Shown in pieces: positions 25,990-30,239 of a DNA stretch of 30,239 bases. This stretch comes from Kiritimatiellia bacterium (GTDB lineage Bacteria > Verrucomicrobiota > Kiritimatiellia > RFP12 > DVOR01): contig JAFTHG010000098.1 in NCBI GenBank assembly GCA_017457555.1, forward strand, positions 1 to 30,239, read 5' to 3'. Below the pieces are notes generated by a model. The model searched no databases, was not told the origin of the DNA, and saw only the letters and a program-made list of their open reading frames with translations. Position 1 is the stretch's first letter. Each line of letters opens with the position of its first letter. A program made the position numbers and the translations under genes.

Positions 25990-28269
25990 ATGAAAACGAA
26001 AACCTTACTTCCTTTGTTAGCTGCCATGGCGTTGTCGCCAGTGATGGCAGAGAACTGGCCGAACCTTGTGAATGCGTTGAATGTGGCGCCCCGTGTTGAG
26101 GGCGATCGCTTGACGTTGCCGGAGGTGCCGGATGCGACAGTGCGTTTCCTCGGTGCAGACTATGAGCAGATTATCCTGCCGGATGGTCGTGTGCAGAAGC
26201 CCTTGACGGATACGCATGTGAAGGTGAGTTTTCTTGTCACTCGTGGCGAGGAAACGGTGGCTTCGCGCGATTACGATGTGGTGGTGCCGGGTGAGGTAAC
26301 GCCTGCGGCAGATGCCAATCCGCGTCCGTTTGTGTTTCCTGAATTATTGAACTGGGCCGGCGGCAAGGGTGCGTATACCTTGGCGTCAACGGTGCGTTTG
26401 TCGGGTGCAACCCCGGCGATGGCGACGCAGTTGGCAGCTGAATTGCGTGATCTCGCGGGGCGTGATACCGTGGTGGTGTCTGCCGGTGAAACGGCGGATG
26501 TGACGTTGAGCCTCTGCGAGGATGCGCGTTTGGGCAAGGAAGGCTACACGCTGGAGATTACGGCGGATGGCGGTGTGAAGATTGCTGCTGCCACGGAGAC
26601 GGGCCTCTTCTGGGGCACCCGCTCGCTCTTGCAGATGGTGGTTTCAGGCAAGGGCAGCCTTCCGTGCGGTCGTGCGCTCGATATTCCGCGTTATCAGGTG
26701 CGCGGTTTCCTGCTGGATGTGGGCCGTTTGCCGATTCCGATGTCGTATCTCTACGACGTGGTGAAGTATATGGCTTGGTTCAAGATGAATGATTTGCACG
26801 TTCACTTGAATGATAACTTCATCTTCTTGGAAGATTATGTGCGTGCAAAGCGCGATCCGTTGAAGGAGGCGTACTCTGCTTTCCGTCTGGAATCCAAGGT
26901 GGTTGGGGCGAATGGTCAGGCGTTGACGGCTCCGGATCTCTCCTATACCAAGGCGGAATTCCAGAATTTTATTGCCTTTGCCAAGTCGTATGGCGTGAAT
27001 ATCATCCCGGAATTTGATACCCCGGCTCACGCACTGGCCTTCACCAAGGTGCGCCCTGATTTGATTTACAAGAGCAATAACCTCCGTGGCGCAGAGATGC
27101 TGGATGCAACGAATCCCGCCACGCATGATTTCGTGGAGAGCGTCTTTGATGAGTATCTCCTGCCACAGGATGGCAAACCGGCTGTTTTCAGCGGCTGCGA
27201 TGTGATGCACGTGGGCGCAGATGAATTCCATGGTGATGCTGAACACTACCGCGCGTATGCCGCATGGATTCTGGATATGGTGCAGAAGAAGGGCTACACG
27301 CCGCGTATTTGGGGCAGCTTGAATGAGAAGAAGGGCAAGACGCCCGTTCCCGGCAAGGGCGCACAGATGAACCTGTGGAATGGCTCCTGGGCGAAGGCGT
27401 GGGACTCCATCAATCAGGGTTTTGATGTGATTAACACCACCGATGGTGCACTCTACATCGTGCCGTTTGCCGAATACTATCGCATGGACTTCAATCAGCC
27501 GGGCATCTACACCTATTGGCGCGTGAATGAAATTGCCGGACAGTATGTGCCCTCGGGCCATCCGCAGTTGATTGGCGGCGTCTTTGGCATTTGGAATGAT
27601 ATGATCGACCTGCGTTATGTGGGCTATGGGTCATACGACATCTGGAATATGTTCACCTCTTCGGTGGATATCTTGGCCGGAAAGTTGTGGGGTGCCGATG
27701 TGCCGGATGTCGGCTATGATGCACACATGAAGCGTCTGCCGCAAGTGGGTAAAGTGCCTGGCATTAATCCATACTACCTCTGGCCGAATGGCGCCTCCTA
27801 TGTTTGCGTGCCGACCACGCTTCCTTGCAAGATGGGTCAGCCGGCAATGGGGCCGAACTACACCTTGACGATGCAGGTTCAGCTGGATGCCGAGCCGACT
27901 CCCGGCCAGGAACAGATTCTGCTCAAGTCGCCTGAAGGTGTCTTCTACGCCGCGATGAAGGATGGTACCATCGGTTTCCGCCGCAATGACAGCATTGAAT
28001 TCTCCTTCAACTGCAAGCTTCCCGTGGGCAAGAAGGTGACGTTGCAATTGATTGGTGAACCCGGCCGCACGCAGCTCCTGATTGATGGCGTCCCGTGCAC
28101 CGACTGCTCGCTGCCGCGCTTCCACAATAATAAGGAAGGCATCATCAATACCTTTGTGCTGCCTTTGGATGAAGTGGGCACCTCCTTTAATGGTAAGGTC
28201 TACCGCCTCGAAGTGAAGCACACGACCCCGGCAGGTCCTACACCGGATCCGCACCGCAAGAAAAAGTAA
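25990..28269 (+). CDS. Secreted GH20 beta-N-acetylhexosaminidase (DspB/lacto-N-biosidase-like branch possible), 759 aa
   Basis: Signal peptide MKTKTLLPLLAAMALSPVMA|EN. GH20b domain (EGYTLEIT...GLFWGTRSLLQ). Catalytic barrel motifs RGFLLDVGR, NDLHVHLND, IIPEFDTPAH and HVGADE (catalytic D-E pair). C-terminal beta-sandwich. Confidence 0.92.
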   Translation: MKTKTLLPLLAAMALSPVMAENWPNLVNALNVAPRVEGDRLTLPEVPDATVRFLGADYEQIILPDGRVQKPLTDTHVKVSFLVTRGEETVASRDYDVVVPGEVTPAADANPRPFVFPELLNWAGGKGAYTLASTVRLSGATPAMATQLAAELRDLAGRDTVVVSAGETADVTLSLCEDARLGKEGYTLEITADGGVKIAAATETGLFWGTRSLLQMVVSGKGSLPCGRALDIPRYQVRGFLLDVGRLPIPMSYLYDVVKYMAWFKMNDLHVHLNDNFIFLEDYVRAKRDPLKEAYSAFRLESKVVGANGQALTAPDLSYTKAEFQNFIAFAKSYGVNIIPEFDTPAHALAFTKVRPDLIYKSNNLRGAEMLDATNPATHDFVESVFDEYLLPQDGKPAVFSGCDVMHVGADEFHGDAEHYRAYAAWILDMVQKKGYTPRIWGSLNEKKGKTPVPGKGAQMNLWNGSWAKAWDSINQGFDVINTTDGALYIVPFAEYYRMDFNQPGIYTYWRVNEIAGQYVPSGHPQLIGGVFGIWNDMIDLRYVGYGSYDIWNMFTSSVDILAGKLWGADVPDVGYDAHMKRLPQVGKVPGINPYYLWPNGASYVCVPTTLPCKMGQPAMGPNYTLTMQVQLDAEPTPGQEQILLKSPEGVFYAAMKDGTIGFRRNDSIEFSFNCKLPVGKKVTLQLIGEPGRTQLLIDGVPCTDCSLPRFHNNKEGIINTFVLPLDEVGTSFNGKVYRLEVKHTTPAGPTPDPHRKKK

Positions 28270-28286
28270 GTGAGGTCGTTTCACCG

Positions 28287-28321
28287 AATCAGCCGTGCAG
28301 TCGCGCGGCTGATTTGTTTTT
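28287..28321 (+). terminator. Intrinsic terminator after the GH20 gene
   Basis: AATCAGCCGTGC-AGTC-GCGCGGCTGATT: 12-bp stem with one G-U pair, followed by TGTTTTT. Confidence 0.85.
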
Positions 28322-28386
28322 GTGCAAAGCGCTTCTGGCGATGTGTTGTTGGCAACGGGGAAATCGTTATCGTGCCGGAAGCATCG

Positions 28387-28413
28387 TTGCAGGGGAGCGG
28401 TTTTTGTTATACT
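28387..28413 (+). promoter_or_regulatory. Extended -10 promoter of mtnN
   Basis: TG-n-TATACT (28405-13) with a weak -35 TTGCAG (28387-92, 15-bp spacer). ATG 28421 is 7 nt after the -10. Confidence 0.65.
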
Positions 28414-28420
28414 TTATGGT

Positions 28421-29119
28421 ATGAAGAATCAGACGAAATGTTGGGGCATTCTCGGCGCATTAGACCGGGAGATTGCACTGTTGCGTAATCAGATGCAGGT
28501 CGAGTCTGAAGAGGCTTGTCTTGGGACAACGTTTCTCTCCGGAACGCTGTGCGGACAGCGTGTCGTGGTGGCTTGTTGCGGTATCGGCAAGGTCAATGCT
28601 GCGGCGTGTACGACCTATCTCATTTATGCCAAAGGCTGCGACATCATTGTGAATGTCGGTATCGCCGGAGGTGTCGGGAAGGGATTGAAGACGCTGGATG
28701 TGGTGATTTCCAGAGAGCTCTGCTTCCACGATCAGGATCCCGTAATGCTCAAATACTTCCCGGCACGACAGTTTTTTGAAGCGGATGCCTCCTTGCGCGC
28801 GCTGTGTTGCTCGGTCTGCTCCACGTCGTCTGCATTGACAGGCTCGTGGCGTGAAGGGCGCATTGCGACAGGGGACCGTTTTGTGGCGGATAGCGCCACA
28901 CGGGATGCGATTGTGGCCGCCGTGGCACCGGATTGTGTGGAGATGGAGGGCGCAGCTATCGCGCATGTGGCAACGGCAGCAGGAAAGCCTTTCCTCGTGA
29001 TTCGCTCCATGTCGGACTGCGCTGATGATGATGCCTCAACGACGTATGACAACTTCCTGGAGCGCGCAGCAGATCAATCGGCCGGCATTATTCTTGGAAT
29101 GTTACAACATGCCGATTAA
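28421..29119 (+). CDS. mtnN: 5'-methylthioadenosine/S-adenosylhomocysteine nucleosidase, 232 aa
   Basis: GILGALDREI, GIGKVNAA, VNVGIAGG, IATGDRFV, VEMEGAAIAHVA and FLVIRSMSDCAD. Start moved from the track's GTG 28322 to ATG 28421 because homology-like sequence begins there and the length becomes typical. Confidence 0.95.
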   Translation: MKNQTKCWGILGALDREIALLRNQMQVESEEACLGTTFLSGTLCGQRVVVACCGIGKVNAAACTTYLIYAKGCDIIVNVGIAGGVGKGLKTLDVVISRELCFHDQDPVMLKYFPARQFFEADASLRALCCSVCSTSSALTGSWREGRIATGDRFVADSATRDAIVAAVAPDCVEMEGAAIAHVATAAGKPFLVIRSMSDCADDDASTTYDNFLERAADQSAGIILGMLQHAD

Positions 29120-29411
29120 AGACGGATTGAAAAAGGCTTTGCTTCCCGGGTGTGCCGTGGCTTTTGCGCTGTTGGCTTGGGGGCTCTCACTCCTGATTCC
29201 GGATACATTGCGGCAGACACGCTGGCAGCAGGCCGCAGCAGAATTGCCGGAAAATGCGCCGGTGGCAGAGGTGTGTGCGGTGGTGTATCACCACTTTGGC
29301 GTACGCCTGACGGCTGCGGATGTCGGCGTTTGGCGCCGGTTGCAGCAGCAGGGACATTCAGCAGAGGCGGCATTGCATACTGTGGTGCGTTATCGGAGCG
29401 CCGGATTGTAA
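29109..29411 (+). CDS. Small hypothetical membrane protein, 100 aa
   Basis: ATG 29109 overlaps the mtnN end by 11 nt, which suggests translational coupling. One N-terminal hydrophobic helix (ALLPGCAVAFALLAWGLSLLIP). The ORF fills the gap to the next gene. Confidence 0.65.
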   Translation: MPIKDGLKKALLPGCAVAFALLAWGLSLLIPDTLRQTRWQQAAAELPENAPVAEVCAVVYHHFGVRLTAADVGVWRRLQQQGHSAEAALHTVVRYRSAGL

Positions 29412-29431
29412 CTGAGAAAGGGCAGAGAGCG

Positions 29432-30239
29432 ATGAAGACGTTGCTTCTATTATTCGTGATGGCAGGGTGCGCACTGATGGGTTTTGGCGCGGCAGAGGGC
29501 CCGGGTGAGTACCATTTTTCAGATGAAACCATCAAGACCACGTGGCGCAACAAAGTGACCTTGCCGGAGGATTGCATCGCGGTGTCGCCGACGTGTCTGT
29601 ACAGTCGCTCGGCAAAGACGGTTTATCTGCTCTCGGAACTCACCGGAATCGGCAAAGGATACGAAACGGAATTTATCCTCTTGGGGCCCTTAAGTGACCG
29701 CGCGTATGAAGGCCTCGCGATGGCGTGGGATGCACCCTCGGTGGTCAGCCAGGCGGTGAAGGCGCTGGGTGTGGAGCAGGGCGTGGCGGCTGATCCGCTC
29801 AGAGGTTTGTCTATGGCGCAGGGCGAACGCTTCACAATGTCCATTTGCCGCCTCAATGATGCGCAGCCGACCTTTCGTCCGCTCTCCGATTTTGTGATTG
29901 ATGAGTGCTCCACTCCGGCGCAAAATCTCATGGGGCGAGGTTTTCCCTTTGTGGGAGGCTGCGATTTTGATGATGTGATGCCGGCGGCAATCATCGCCGC
30001 CTACACCGAAAAGGCCGCCGTTTTCGGGTTGCCTTATTATGCAGCGAAGGGCACCGTTTATGGTTTGTTCCGCGCTAAGACAACCGAAGCAGAGGGGGCT
30101 CCGGCGGTGGTTGCACTGACGTGGCAGCAGTTGCCGAAGGCACTTCCACGCGTTCACCATGCCAAACTGCATATTACCGCCGCAGAATTGCAGCATCCTG
30201 AATGCTTGGTTGACAGCCTGAAGTCCTATTGTGATGATC
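29432..30239 (+). CDS. Exported hypothetical protein, YdjY-domain-like, truncated by the window end (at least 269 aa)
   Basis: Not in the ORF track because it has no stop. Translated by hand: MKTLLLLFVMAGCALMGFGAAEG...ETEFILLGPLSDRAYEGLAMAWDAPSVVSQAVKALGVEQG...GFPFVGG...AIIAAYTEKAAVFGLP..., open to 30239. Purine-rich tract upstream. The YdjY resemblance is from memory of the family pattern. Confidence 0.8.
   Translation, partial: MKTLLLLFVMAGCALMGFGAAEGPGEYHFSDETIKTTWRNKVTLPEDCIAVSPTCLYSRSAKTVYLLSELTGIGKGYETEFILLGPLSDRAYEGLAMAWDAPSVVSQAVKALGVEQGVAADPLRGLSMAQGERFTMSICRLNDAQPTFRPLSDFVIDECSTPAQNLMGRGFPFVGGCDFDDVMPAAIIAAYTEKAAVFGLPYYAAKGTVYGLFRAKTTEAEGAPAVVALTWQQLPKALPRVHHAKLHITAAELQHPECLVDSLKSYCDD

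Noticed and set aside
22916-28269. Antisense ORFs over the ATPase and GH20 genes (e.g. 23668..24387, 24544..25347, 26644..27561)
   Set aside because: They are shadow frames of well-supported plus-strand enzymes and carry no independent motifs.
28322-28420. Longer mtnN start at GTG 28322 (similarly TTG 617 and ATG 29025 for other genes)
   Set aside because: The extension covers the promoter region and adds non-homologous residues. The downstream ATGs fit the SD, promoter or coupling geometry.
29116-30196. Minus-strand ORFs 29116..29577, 29623..29994 and 29690..30196
   Set aside because: They are antisense to the plus-strand ORFs 29109..29411 and 29432..end, which have sensible starts, signal/TM segments and operon context.

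Overview
This is bacterial chromosomal DNA with all credible genes on the + strand. The lineage is probably the PVC superphylum (Kiritimatiellia/Lentisphaeria-like), inferred from protein style only. About 72% of the window is one giant surface-protein reading frame, from ATG 644 to TAA 22420 (7,258 codons). It has a signal peptide, a LamG-like domain, many autotransporter-associated beta-strand repeats, four copies of an unnamed beta-sandwich domain and no C-terminal beta-barrel. A single in-frame TAG (12638-12640) interrupts it inside a conserved domain, so the two giant ORFs in the track are halves of one gene. Downstream are a strong terminator, a six-unit ~22.4-bp tandem array, a sigma70 promoter and a yybP-ykoY-type (Mn2+) riboswitch with terminator ahead of a P2A-type Ca2+/Mn2+ ATPase. 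Next come a second 22-23-bp-period array of palindromes, a secreted GH20 hexosaminidase, mtnN, a small membrane protein and a truncated YdjY-like exported protein that the ORF track missed. No rRNA, tRNA, CRISPR array or transposase was seen.
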